A stretch of 16,835 nt of DNA from Candidatus Iainarchaeum sp. (GCA_038736825.1 JAVYME010000012.1:1-16835); one strand, 5' to 3'. Counted from the stretch's first letter, positions 7,935 through 15,576 are shown. Numbers and translations: made by a program. Notes: a model not told the origin generated them from the letters alone.

Positions 7935-9248
7935 ATGTTGGATGATGAATCCTGGCTTTTCCTGAAAAGCGGGGTTTTCTCATATTCTGCAAAAGCAGCC
8001 ATGCTTGCCATGGGCTTAATTTACACTTACCTTATCGCCAATGCTTTGGGTCCAGCAGAATACGGCAAGGCAATGTTTGTCTTAGCGTTCATAGGAAACC
8101 TGGTTTTCCTTTTCGGAACAGAGGTTTTCGGCAACGCACTAACAGTTTTCACCCCCCAGTGCGGTTCAAAAGTGCTTTTTTCAAGGTTTGCTAAAATCCT
8201 TTTTTTTGGCTTTTTGGTACTTTTTGCATTTTTCTATTTTTGCTCTCAAGCAATTCTTGAAATAATTGGAAGAGGAGACGCAACATTATTCCAGTATTCT
8301 TCCCTGCTTTTTCTTGTGTTCCCTTTTTTTCTTCTTTTTGAAGCCCTTTTCAAGGGCATTAAAAGCTTTGGCAAGGTTTTAAAGGTTTCCTTGATTGAAG
8401 GAATTGCAAACCTTATCCTTGCAACACTCTTCGTGATTGTTTTACGCCAGGGCGCCAGTGGAACAATTTCTGCAAAAATAATTTCAGTGGCAATCGCTGC
8501 AATTGCGTACTTTTATTTTTTCAGGCAATGCAGGTTTGAAGAAAAAAGAATTGATTCAGGACAAGTCAACAAATACTTGAAAAACACTTTTGCAATGAGC
8601 GTTTTCAAAAAACTTAACTCGCAAGCAGTATTGTTTTATATGGGGCTTTTTTTGCCAGCAACAACAATAGGATTTTACTATATAGCTGAAAAAATTGCAA
8701 CCTATGCAATAGAAATGCCGACCTCTGCCTTATCTGAGGCAATGCTTCCCTTTGCAAGCGGAAAAGCCACAGACAAAAAAGCCCTAAGCCGGCTTGCATC
8801 GCTCAGCATAAAATTTTCACTCTTGCTTGGAGCATTTTTAGGATTGTTGGCTCTTTTCGCAGGACGCTTTTTGTTGTTGTCCTTTTTCCCAGAATTCGTT
8901 GAAGCCTACTCGCTTTTGCCTTTTTTCCTCCTGCTTTTCATGGGAAGCTCCATCAATTTTTTAACAAACACCTATAGGAGCATAAACCGTGCAGACATTT
9001 TGGCAAAAAGCATGCTTTTAATGCTTGCAGTGACACTTTTGACTGGCTATCCCTTGGCTTTCGTTTACGGAGTGTATGGCTTGATTTTTTCCCAAATAAT
9101 TGCAGTTGTTGCTGCCTTCTCTTTTTTGTATGTGAAGCAAAAAAGCATGGGACTTGAAATAGAAGTGCTGCCAAGGCCAAAGGACATAAGGTTTTTTGCG
9201 TCTGTTTTATGGCATGGCGTAAAGCATTCGTTGGGCAGAAAATATTAA
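7935..9248 (+). CDS. wzx: Wzx-type oligosaccharide flippase (MOP superfamily, Polysacc_synt)
   Basis: The 437-aa protein has about 12 hydrophobic helices. The N-terminus (...GLIYTYLIANALGPAEYGK...) and overall layout are typical of polysaccharide biosynthesis flippases, and it sits in a GT cluster. Confidence 0.75.
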   Translation: MLDDESWLFLKSGVFSYSAKAAMLAMGLIYTYLIANALGPAEYGKAMFVLAFIGNLVFLFGTEVFGNALTVFTPQCGSKVLFSRFAKILFFGFLVLFAFFYFCSQAILEIIGRGDATLFQYSSLLFLVFPFFLLFEALFKGIKSFGKVLKVSLIEGIANLILATLFVIVLRQGASGTISAKIISVAIAAIAYFYFFRQCRFEEKRIDSGQVNKYLKNTFAMSVFKKLNSQAVLFYMGLFLPATTIGFYYIAEKIATYAIEMPTSALSEAMLPFASGKATDKKALSRLASLSIKFSLLLGAFLGLLALFAGRFLLLSFFPEFVEAYSLLPFFLLLFMGSSINFLTNTYRSINRADILAKSMLLMLAVTLLTGYPLAFVYGVYGLIFSQIIAVVAAFSFLYVKQKSMGLEIEVLPRPKDIRFFASVLWHGVKHSLGRKY

Positions 9249-9271
9249 AACAATCACTGCCTATTTTATTG

Positions 9272-10897
9272 ATGCAAAAACCTAAAAGTGGGATAGTTTC
9301 TGCAATTCTTTTTGCAGCTCTTATTTTTGTTTGTGTTTCAATATTGGTTTCTTATTGGATGGGCTTTGCCTTTCTTTCAATCCCTGTTGTTGTGGGCATA
9401 TCCTTGCCTGTTTCTTTTTTTTTATGGAAAAAATTTTCTTTGCCTAGCGAAAAAATTCCATTGCCTGTGCTTTTTTCAGCCTTGCTTGTTGCAGCAATTT
9501 GCGCGTTTCCCTTGCTGTTGGTGACGCCTTATTATATGGGTTCCAATGATGCCTTTCATACAATTACTTTACGCACGCTTTCAATGGCTGGAAGGATTCC
9601 TGAAACTTATGCTCCCTATTCTGGGGTTTCTTTCACTTACCAGATTGGCTTTCACCTTTTTGCCAAAATTTTAACTGGCTTGTTTTTTTTTGTTGAGGAT
9701 TTTTTAGTTTTATGGGCTTTTGGGGTATTGCTTGCTGCAATTGAAGCAATCTTGGTTTTCTTGGTTTCACGAGAGCTTTTCAAGTCGGATTCAACTGCAA
9801 TTTGGGCTTCAATTCTTTTCATTGGTGCAAAAACAACTTACATAAACATGTATTTTGGCATGTTTCCCAGAATGCTGGGCTCTTGCCTTATTCTTTTCTT
9901 TTTTTACTTGTTTTTGAAGAAAAACAAGCTTGCCTTTCTTGTTGTGCCAGCCATGCTTATGGTGCACATAGCGTGGACAATAAATGGAGTGCTTTTATTG
10001 CTTGTTTTTGTTGCTTTCAACAAAGACCGATTTTTTGACATGTTGAAGACAGTGCCCTTTGCGGCTTTAGCGTTTCCGGCTTTTTTGATGAACCTAAAAA
10101 TCTATACGGCCCATTTTTCAAGAATTTTAATTGGAAAAACCACTTCAATTTCAAACCCAATTCAATCAATTAACATGCTTTCCTTTACTTTTGCTTATCT
10201 TCTCAGCATGGGTTGGGCAATAGGGTTGCTTTTTGGAACAGCCTTTGTTTATAGCATAATCAAAAAGCGGGTTAACAAAATAATGCTGTTTTCATTTTCT
10301 GTTTTTCTTGCAGGCAGTTTAATGTACTATTTTGCTGCACTCGCTGGCCTTACAATAGAAAACGAGTTGCCGTGGCTTTTCACGCTTGGCGCAATATTCT
10401 TCACTTCAATAACGCTTGATGGGGTTCAAATCAAAGCCAAAAACTTGAAATTTGTAAAAATAATTATAGTGCTTTTATTGTTGTTTGGCTTTGCTACCTC
10501 TAGTTATGTTACTGCAAGGATTTCTGGTAGCAAGATTTCACGAGATGAAGCTGCCTTTGCCTTCAAATTTAAGGAATTTGATCCAGAACTCAAAACAGTT
10601 GTTTTTCTGGGAATGGCGTCAGCAAAAACCGCTGAGCTTTCAAACAAGATTCCGTTCAATGCAGGGCAGGGCTGGTTTTTGCCATTTGATGAAAGGCTAG
10701 TTGTTCATGACAAGGCATATTATGATGAACTGCAAAAAATACAAGTCCAGAAAAAAATAGTTGAAGAAAAATGTGCAGAGTGCGTGCTGGACTTAAATGT
10801 GGATTATGCCGCGATAAACACTGAAAATTTTCCCGCGCTTCCTGGAAGAAAGCCTGTTCTTGAATATGGAAGCATAAAGCTTTACAGGCTTCACTGA
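9272..10897 (+). CDS. Polytopic membrane protein with soluble C-terminal domain; GT-C-like candidate glycan polymerase/transferase
   Basis: About 13 hydrophobic helices are followed by a soluble tail of about 125 aa. The tail resembles that of the ORF at 1-1320 (see findings). No WWDYG-type STT3 motif is present. I prefer the ATG at 9272 (MQKPKSG followed by a TM helix, no overlap with wzx). The ORF-track start at 9209 would overlap wzx by 40 nt. Neither start has an SD. Confidence 0.55.
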   Translation: MQKPKSGIVSAILFAALIFVCVSILVSYWMGFAFLSIPVVVGISLPVSFFLWKKFSLPSEKIPLPVLFSALLVAAICAFPLLLVTPYYMGSNDAFHTITLRTLSMAGRIPETYAPYSGVSFTYQIGFHLFAKILTGLFFFVEDFLVLWAFGVLLAAIEAILVFLVSRELFKSDSTAIWASILFIGAKTTYINMYFGMFPRMLGSCLILFFFYLFLKKNKLAFLVVPAMLMVHIAWTINGVLLLLVFVAFNKDRFFDMLKTVPFAALAFPAFLMNLKIYTAHFSRILIGKTTSISNPIQSINMLSFTFAYLLSMGWAIGLLFGTAFVYSIIKKRVNKIMLFSFSVFLAGSLMYYFAALAGLTIENELPWLFTLGAIFFTSITLDGVQIKAKNLKFVKIIIVLLLLFGFATSSYVTARISGSKISRDEAAFAFKFKEFDPELKTVVFLGMASAKTAELSNKIPFNAGQGWFLPFDERLVVHDKAYYDELQKIQVQKKIVEEKCAECVLDLNVDYAAINTENFPALPGRKPVLEYGSIKLYRLH

Positions 10898-11482
10898 CTA
10901 TTTCTTTTCTGCAGTAATGCAGGTGTTTTCTCTCAGCGAATTCGGCAGGAAAATGTGTGCGAAGGCGCGCACTGGCATGAACCATTTGTGCTTGGAACCC
11001 TCGCTGGATTCCATGGTGTATGGAAGCATTTTTACTGAAATAATTTTGAAGGAATGCTTTTCCAGCAGTGCCTTGAGTTCTTCAAGAGAGAAAAGCGAAA
11101 AATGCAGTGGCGCTTCATAAGAGTGAAATAGCCGGTTAATCCAGCTTTTTTTGTTTGGAGTGGAAAGTGCTAGCGTTCCGTTTTTTTTGAGAAGGCGCGA
11201 GCATTCTTTAATGAAGGATTGTGGTTCTTGCAAGTGTTCTATGAGTTCTCCTGCAATAATGCAGTCAAAGCAGTTGTTTTTGAATGGCATTTTTTCAGCG
11301 CTTGCTTTAACAGTGTTCGGGCTTGCTTTTTCCACAACCGTGTCAATTGCTATAACTTTTTTTTCACCCAGTTTTGCCACAATTGCATTGTGCAGTGTGG
11401 TGTCTTTTGGGTTGAAGCCGACATCCAGGGTTTTTCCTTTGGCGGCTGAAACAAGGAATTCAATGCGTTCCAATTCAATCAT
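10898..11482 (-). CDS. Class I SAM-dependent methyltransferase (Methyltransf_11-like)
   Basis: FDCIIAGELIEHLQEPQSFIKECSRLLKKNGTLALSTPN is the typical post-motif-I core. Motif I is non-canonical (LDVGFNPKD). The start overlaps the upstream gene's stop by 8 nt (ATGATTGA). Confidence 0.7.
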   Translation of the reverse strand: MIELERIEFLVSAAKGKTLDVGFNPKDTTLHNAIVAKLGEKKVIAIDTVVEKASPNTVKASAEKMPFKNNCFDCIIAGELIEHLQEPQSFIKECSRLLKKNGTLALSTPNKKSWINRLFHSYEAPLHFSLFSLEELKALLEKHSFKIISVKMLPYTMESSEGSKHKWFMPVRAFAHIFLPNSLRENTCITAEKK

Positions 11483-12437
11483 CTTTCATTATTTCTTTAA
11501 CGCTTATTTTTTCAAAAGCCATTATTGCAATGCCTGCAAGCGAAATCAGTGTTGAATAGAAGAGCACTAGGAAGGAAAAGGCGACAGCGCTTTCAGCTGG
11601 AATGCTGCGAAGGGAAAACAATGCTATAATGAGGGCATCCCGTGTTCCAATGCCTGAAATGCTCAATGGCAGTAATGATATCAGGGTTGCAAGTGAAACA
11701 GCGAGAAAAACAAATGAAACTGGCAGTTCAATTCCTAGGGACAAAGCCAGCAAGTATTCTGCAAACACTTCGAAAAGCCAGGAAGCAAGGCTTAGGAAAA
11801 CAGCAATTGCTAAAAGAGAACGGTTTTTTAATAATGCTTGAACTGAGTCCATAAAAGAATCAAAGCCACTGCTCAGTTTTTCTTTGAATTTTTCTGGAAC
11901 GAGAATGCGATAAAATGGCTTGAGGGCTTTTTTCAACAAGCGCTTGTTGAATAAAAGGTAAAAGCATGAAGCCAAACCGACAACCATTGCAATAATCACT
12001 GTGATCGAGATTATTGTGGTTTGGTAAATCCAGAGGAAAATGCAAAGCGAGAAAATGCCAAGCCCGACTAGAACGCTTAAGTCAATGAGCCTGTCAACCA
12101 GTACTGAGGAAAACGAAACCGGCAATGATTTGATTTTTTTGTTTACAAAAATTGCTTTTGCGAAATCGCCGATTCTGCCCGGGGTGAAGGAACCCAATCC
12201 AATGCCAATAAAATAATACTTGAAAATTTTTTTTAAGGGAAAATCGTGGCCTTGTTTTTTCAGCATTAAATGCCATTTGAGCGAGCGAAAGAAGACTGCT
12301 GGAAGGCTTAATAGTGTGGCTGAGAAAAAAAGGAAAAGGTTTGTTTTTGCAAGGGTTTCCAAGAGCTTGCTTGTGTCAATGAAAAGAATTATTGTTATGA
12401 GAAGGAGAATGCCAATGAATGCAATTTGTTTTTTCAT
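11475..12437 (-). CDS. UPF0104 / lysylphosphatidylglycerol-synthase-TM-like 'flippase-like' membrane protein
   Basis: The 320-aa protein has about 8 TM helices. The segment FRSLKWHLMLKKQGHDFPLKKIFKYYFIGIGLGSFTPGRIGDFAKA matches the conserved core of the UPF0104 family. No SD is present, and an A/T-rich TATA-like box lies about 25-35 nt upstream. Confidence 0.75.
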   Translation of the reverse strand: MKKQIAFIGILLLITIILFIDTSKLLETLAKTNLFLFFSATLLSLPAVFFRSLKWHLMLKKQGHDFPLKKIFKYYFIGIGLGSFTPGRIGDFAKAIFVNKKIKSLPVSFSSVLVDRLIDLSVLVGLGIFSLCIFLWIYQTTIISITVIIAMVVGLASCFYLLFNKRLLKKALKPFYRILVPEKFKEKLSSGFDSFMDSVQALLKNRSLLAIAVFLSLASWLFEVFAEYLLALSLGIELPVSFVFLAVSLATLISLLPLSISGIGTRDALIIALFSLRSIPAESAVAFSFLVLFYSTLISLAGIAIMAFEKISVKEIMKDD

Positions 12438-12556
12438 GCAAGAATAAGGGTGTTGAATTGTTTTATTCTTTTCTTTTTCTTGGAATACTGCAACCGAAAG
12501 CGATTAATACTGGTTTTGGAAATAATTTGTATGCAAGGGGTTTTGGCGGAATTTTG

Positions 12557-12727
12557 ATGAATGGTTTTCTGGATTTTGGTTTGATTGTTGTTTTGCTTTT
12601 TTTCATTGTTTTATTGCTTGCCTTGGCTTATTTTTTTTTCAGGTTTAAGCCGAAAAAGCCGAAGCCTGTTGTGGTTGAGTCGAAAGACTCGAAAAGGCTG
12701 GCTTTCAAGATTGCTGGCGCAAAATAG
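12557..12727 (+). CDS. Hypothetical small single-pass membrane protein (56 aa)
   Basis: MNGFLDFGLIVVLLFFIVLLLALAYFFFRFKPKKPKPVVVESKDSKRLAFKIAGAK has one clear TM helix and a Lys/Pro-rich tail. It is the only plausible ORF in an otherwise empty gap of about 300 nt. AAATAATT lies about 27-35 nt upstream. I recognise no homology, and it could be non-coding. Confidence 0.35.
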   Translation: MNGFLDFGLIVVLLFFIVLLLALAYFFFRFKPKKPKPVVVESKDSKRLAFKIAGAK

Positions 12728-12741
12728 GCTTTGCAAAATCA

Positions 12742-13671
12742 TTATTTTTCTTTGAAGAACTCGATTGTTTTTTTCAAGCCTTCTTCAATGCTGGTTTTTG
12801 GCTTCCAGTTGAGTTCGCGTTCTGCAATTGAAATGTCTGGTTTTCTTTTTGCGGGATCATCTTCTGGCAGTTTGGTGAAAACAATTTTTGAATTTGAGCC
12901 TGTCAGGGTTTTGATTTTTTCAGCCAGTTCTGTCATTGTTAGTTCTTCTGGGTTGCCCAGGTTTACTGGTTTTTGGTAATTGGAGAATGCCAGCTTGACT
13001 ATTCCTTCAACCAAATCGCTTACATAGCAAAAAGACCTTGTTTGTTTTCCGTCACCATAAACAGTTAAGGGTTTTCCAGCCAGTGCTTGTGTTATAAAGT
13101 TTGGAATGACTCTTCCATCGTTTTTTCTCATTCTCGGGCCATACGTGTTGAAGATTCTTGCAATTCGTGTTTTTAGGTTGAATTCTTTGCAATAGTATGT
13201 GCAAAGCGTTTCAGCAAATCGTTTGGATTCGTCATAGCAGGCGCGTGGTCCTGTAATGTTGACGTTTCCATTATAGGTTTCGCTTTGCGGGTGTTCTAAT
13301 GGGTCGCCGTAAACTTCTGAGGTTGATGCTTGCAAAAAAACTGCTTTTTTTTTGAGGGCAAAGTCCAGCATGTTTTTTGTTCCAATAGAGTTTGCCAGGA
13401 TTGTTTGCATTGGGATTTTTTGATAGTCTACTGGCGAGGCTGGCGATGCAAGGTTGAAGACAAAATCTGTTTTTTCTTTGATTGTTATTGGTTTTACAAT
13501 GTCTTTTTTTATAAAGCAAAACCGCTTGTTTTTCTTTAAGTGTTCAATGTTTTCCTTGTTTCCGGTTATAAGGCTGTCGATTGCGATTACCTTTAAATCC
13601 ATTTCCAGTAATGTGTCGCACAAGTGTGATCCAATGAATCCTGCTCCTCCAGTGACAATTGCTGTTTTCAT
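12742..13671 (-). CDS. uxs: UDP-glucuronate decarboxylase (UDP-xylose synthase)
   Basis: VTGGAGFIGSHL, LASPASP, STSEVYGDPLEHPQSE and the catalytic YDESKRFAETL are hallmark UXS segments. A GTGAGG SD lies 4 nt upstream. Confidence 0.88.
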   Translation of the reverse strand: MKTAIVTGGAGFIGSHLCDTLLEMDLKVIAIDSLITGNKENIEHLKKNKRFCFIKKDIVKPITIKEKTDFVFNLASPASPVDYQKIPMQTILANSIGTKNMLDFALKKKAVFLQASTSEVYGDPLEHPQSETYNGNVNITGPRACYDESKRFAETLCTYYCKEFNLKTRIARIFNTYGPRMRKNDGRVIPNFITQALAGKPLTVYGDGKQTRSFCYVSDLVEGIVKLAFSNYQKPVNLGNPEELTMTELAEKIKTLTGSNSKIVFTKLPEDDPAKRKPDISIAERELNWKPKTSIEEGLKKTIEFFKEK

Positions 13672-13675
13672 TGCC

Positions 13676-14413
13676 TCACTTTTCCTTGAACTCTGCTCTT
13701 GCTTTGTCCAATTGCTCGAAAGAGCCTATATCGAACCATTTTCCTTTAAATGTAAAACCGTAAACTGGTGTTTTTTTGTAAAGCCATTCAATGAAATTGC
13801 CTGGCGCGTCCCTTGAATGCCCTTCCTTGAAATAGTTTTCAAACAATTTGATTGTTTGAGCAGTGTAAAAATAGACTCCAATGGATGCAAGTGTTGAGGC
13901 TGGATGCTCTGGTTTTTCTTGAAAAGCGGTTAATTTGTTTTCAGGGTCAATTGAGACAATGCCGTAATGCCTTGCAAGAAACTTGTCTTTTACATCGTAA
14001 AGCCCAATAACTGGGGCTTTTTTTTGCTTGAAAAAATTAAAAGCGTTTTCCAATCCAAAATCGAAAAGGTTGTCAGAGCTTATGTCGAGCACTTCTTCTT
14101 TTATTTTGCCTTTTTTTATTGCCAAGTGCTTGTCTCCAATGGCTCCCAAGCGGTTTTCATTGGAAGTGGTTTTGTCGTTTATTATTTTGATTTCCAGTTC
14201 GGTTTCATACAATTCAAGCCATTCAATGAATTTGTTGTAATAAACTGCGTTTGTTACAATGAAAACAGAGTCTATTTCGCTTAAAGCCTCTATTTTGTCA
14301 AGCACGTGTTCTAAAACCGGTTTGCCGCCTATTTCAATCAATGCTTTTGGGGTTTCTTTGGTTAAAGGGTGCAGCCGGGTTCCATAACCGGCTGCTGGAA
14401 TTATTGCTTTCAA
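13676..14413 (-). CDS. Sugar-phosphate nucleotidyltransferase (NTP_transferase family; possibly makes UDP-glucose)
   Basis: (M)KAIIPAAGYGTRLHPLTKETPKALIEIGGKPVLEHVL is the canonical G-x-G-T-R-L nucleotidyltransferase N-terminus. I prefer the TTG at 14413, which has GAAGGGA upstream. An alternative TTG at 14428 would form a TTGA overlap with the fbp stop. Substrate specificity cannot be read from the sequence. Confidence 0.8.
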   Translation of the reverse strand: MKAIIPAAGYGTRLHPLTKETPKALIEIGGKPVLEHVLDKIEALSEIDSVFIVTNAVYYNKFIEWLELYETELEIKIINDKTTSNENRLGAIGDKHLAIKKGKIKEEVLDISSDNLFDFGLENAFNFFKQKKAPVIGLYDVKDKFLARHYGIVSIDPENKLTAFQEKPEHPASTLASIGVYFYTAQTIKLFENYFKEGHSRDAPGNFIEWLYKKTPVYGFTFKGKWFDIGSFEQLDKARAEFKEK

Positions 14414-14424
14414 GCCTTTTCCCT

Positions 14425-15429
14425 TCAATCTGTTGATTTTGAGAACCTGGATTCAAGTTTTTTTAGGACATCTGGCAGCGTAGTGTATTCCAGTTCTTTT
14501 TCGTCAACCCTGTGCGGTTCAAATGGACCGTGCGCTCGCATGTATTCCATTGCCTTCAAGCATCTTTTTCTTGTAATGTCAAAGCTTGGGTCTTCAAAGA
14601 GGTCTTTTGGTCCATAAAGTTTGCCGTTCACTATTTGGAATCCCAAGCCGACAACTCTGGGTGGCCCGTCAAACCTTGTGGGGGTTGCATCTTTTTGGGA
14701 TACTGGCATTAGTGGTCCGCGGTGTGAGCCTCTCATCCAGCCGCTTACAAGGTGTCCTAATGCAAAGCCTTCAATTACTTCGCCTGTTGCTGGAAAACCG
14801 CTTTGGGATCTAACCAAGCACACTGGATCGTCTTTGCCAACGTATTTGCCTGCTGCCATGCTTAGTTTTTCAGTGCAAACTTCTGCAGCAATTGCTTCTT
14901 CTGGTGGCAGGTTTCCGTTCTTGAAAACCCTTTTTATTGCGTAAGTGCTTGTAGTGCCAATCAATGCAAGCAAAGAGTACATTTCTTCAGGGCATTTAAG
15001 GGCTATTTTTCTGTGTTTGTAGACATCAAGCACTTCAAAGGAAAAACCAGCGGTTGTGTTTGGGTCTATTACTAGGCCAGCGGTATTGAATGGGTCTGCG
15101 AAAATCCTGAACAATGGAAGGTTGAAGGCTGATGGTTCTGTTTTGTCGCAAGCGAAAACCAGTAATGGATCGGATTTTCTTTCTTTTATTGTCATTTCTG
15201 CAACTCCAGGTCCTTGTCCTTTTACGTTTCCAGAGAAAGCGTCTGTGAGCAGGTCTTGGCCTGCACCGTATAATTTGTTTTTTTTCGCCCACTCTGCGCA
15301 TAACATGAAGGTGTCCCAGGCGAGCTTGTGGACTTTTTCATTGTTTCTTCCATTGTAGTGTGTCATTAGCAATTCCAGGTCGTCACCGCAATTGAAAACA
15401 TGAAAGTCGTTTATGATTTTTTTGTCCAC
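14425..15429 (-). CDS. fbp: Fructose-1,6-bisphosphate aldolase/phosphatase (class V FBPase), main reading frame lacking the N-terminal ~36 codons
   Basis: GDDLELLMTH, LYGAGQDLLTDAFSGNVKGQGPGVAEM, DKTEPSAFNLPLFRIFADPFNTAGLVIDP, GKYVGKDDPV, GWMRGSHRGPLMPVS, RFDGPPRVVGLGF and GPFEPHR..EYTTLP are all conserved blocks of archaeal-type FBPA/P. The ORF-track 'M' is a GTG at 15427-15429, directly preceded in frame by a TGA. Confidence 0.9.
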   Translation of the reverse strand: MDKKIINDFHVFNCGDDLELLMTHYNGRNNEKVHKLAWDTFMLCAEWAKKNKLYGAGQDLLTDAFSGNVKGQGPGVAEMTIKERKSDPLLVFACDKTEPSAFNLPLFRIFADPFNTAGLVIDPNTTAGFSFEVLDVYKHRKIALKCPEEMYSLLALIGTTSTYAIKRVFKNGNLPPEEAIAAEVCTEKLSMAAGKYVGKDDPVCLVRSQSGFPATGEVIEGFALGHLVSGWMRGSHRGPLMPVSQKDATPTRFDGPPRVVGLGFQIVNGKLYGPKDLFEDPSFDITRKRCLKAMEYMRAHGPFEPHRVDEKELEYTTLPDVLKKLESRFSKSTD

Positions 15430-15544
15430 TCCGTTTTTTTTTCAGGTTTTTTCTTGCAAGTTCTTTCATTTCTTCGGGCACAATTATGTGTCCCGCCAGG
15501 CTTCCCACATCTGCTTTAATGCAGGAAATTGTTGTCAAAGACAT
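15383..15544 (-). pseudogene. fbp: Displaced N-terminal fragment of fbp (53-codon ORF in a different frame)
   Basis: The ATG at 15542-15544 has a GGAGGA SD 7 nt upstream. It translates as MSLTTISCIKADVGSLAGHIIVPEEMKELARKNLKKK..., matching the catalytic N-terminus (IKADxGSxxGH) of FBPA/P up to the A9 run. Out-of-frame residues then follow to a TGA at 15383-15385. Removing one A joins it to the main frame as ...NLKKNGVDKKIINDFHVFNCGDD (372 aa in total). Confidence 0.8.
15434..15442 (-). other. A9 homopolymer (T9 on + strand) at the exact fbp frame break
   Basis: I counted it directly: ccg ttttttttt cagg on the + strand, which reads CTG AAA AAA AAA CGG on the coding strand. In the downstream frame the sequence reads C TGA AAA AAA AAC GGA GTG GAC. 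Confidence 0.9.
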
Positions 15545-15576
15545 TTCAAAATCCTCCTTTTCTTTTTTTTCTTGAA

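Noticed and set aside
9415-9423. Other 9-nt homopolymers (T9 at 9415-9423, 9683-9691 and 13345-13353), considered as additional frameshift or slippage sites.
   Set aside because: Each is read through in-frame within an intact, full-length gene (VSFFLWKK, GLFFFVEDF, ALKKKAVF). No frame disruption occurs there.
9272-10897. Possibility that the 562-aa membrane protein is an AglB/STT3 oligosaccharyltransferase or a classical Wzy polymerase.
   Set aside because: No WWDYG/WWDxG motif or DK/MI-type motif is visible, and the C-terminal domain is far smaller than that of AglB. Nothing specifically supports Wzy either. I kept it as a GT-C-like protein of unknown function.
12419-12556. N-terminal extension of the small ORF (track start at 12419, 102 aa).
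   Set aside because: The extension overlaps the UPF0104 start codon region and the putative divergent promoter, and its translation has no coherent features. Only the part from the ATG at 12557 (TM helix plus basic tail) looks protein-like, and even that is low confidence.
12657-12674. Tandem 9-nt repeat AAGCCGAAA AAGCCGAAG.
   Set aside because: It has only two copies and simply encodes the KPKKPK tail if the small ORF is real. It is not a CRISPR or a satellite-type repeat.
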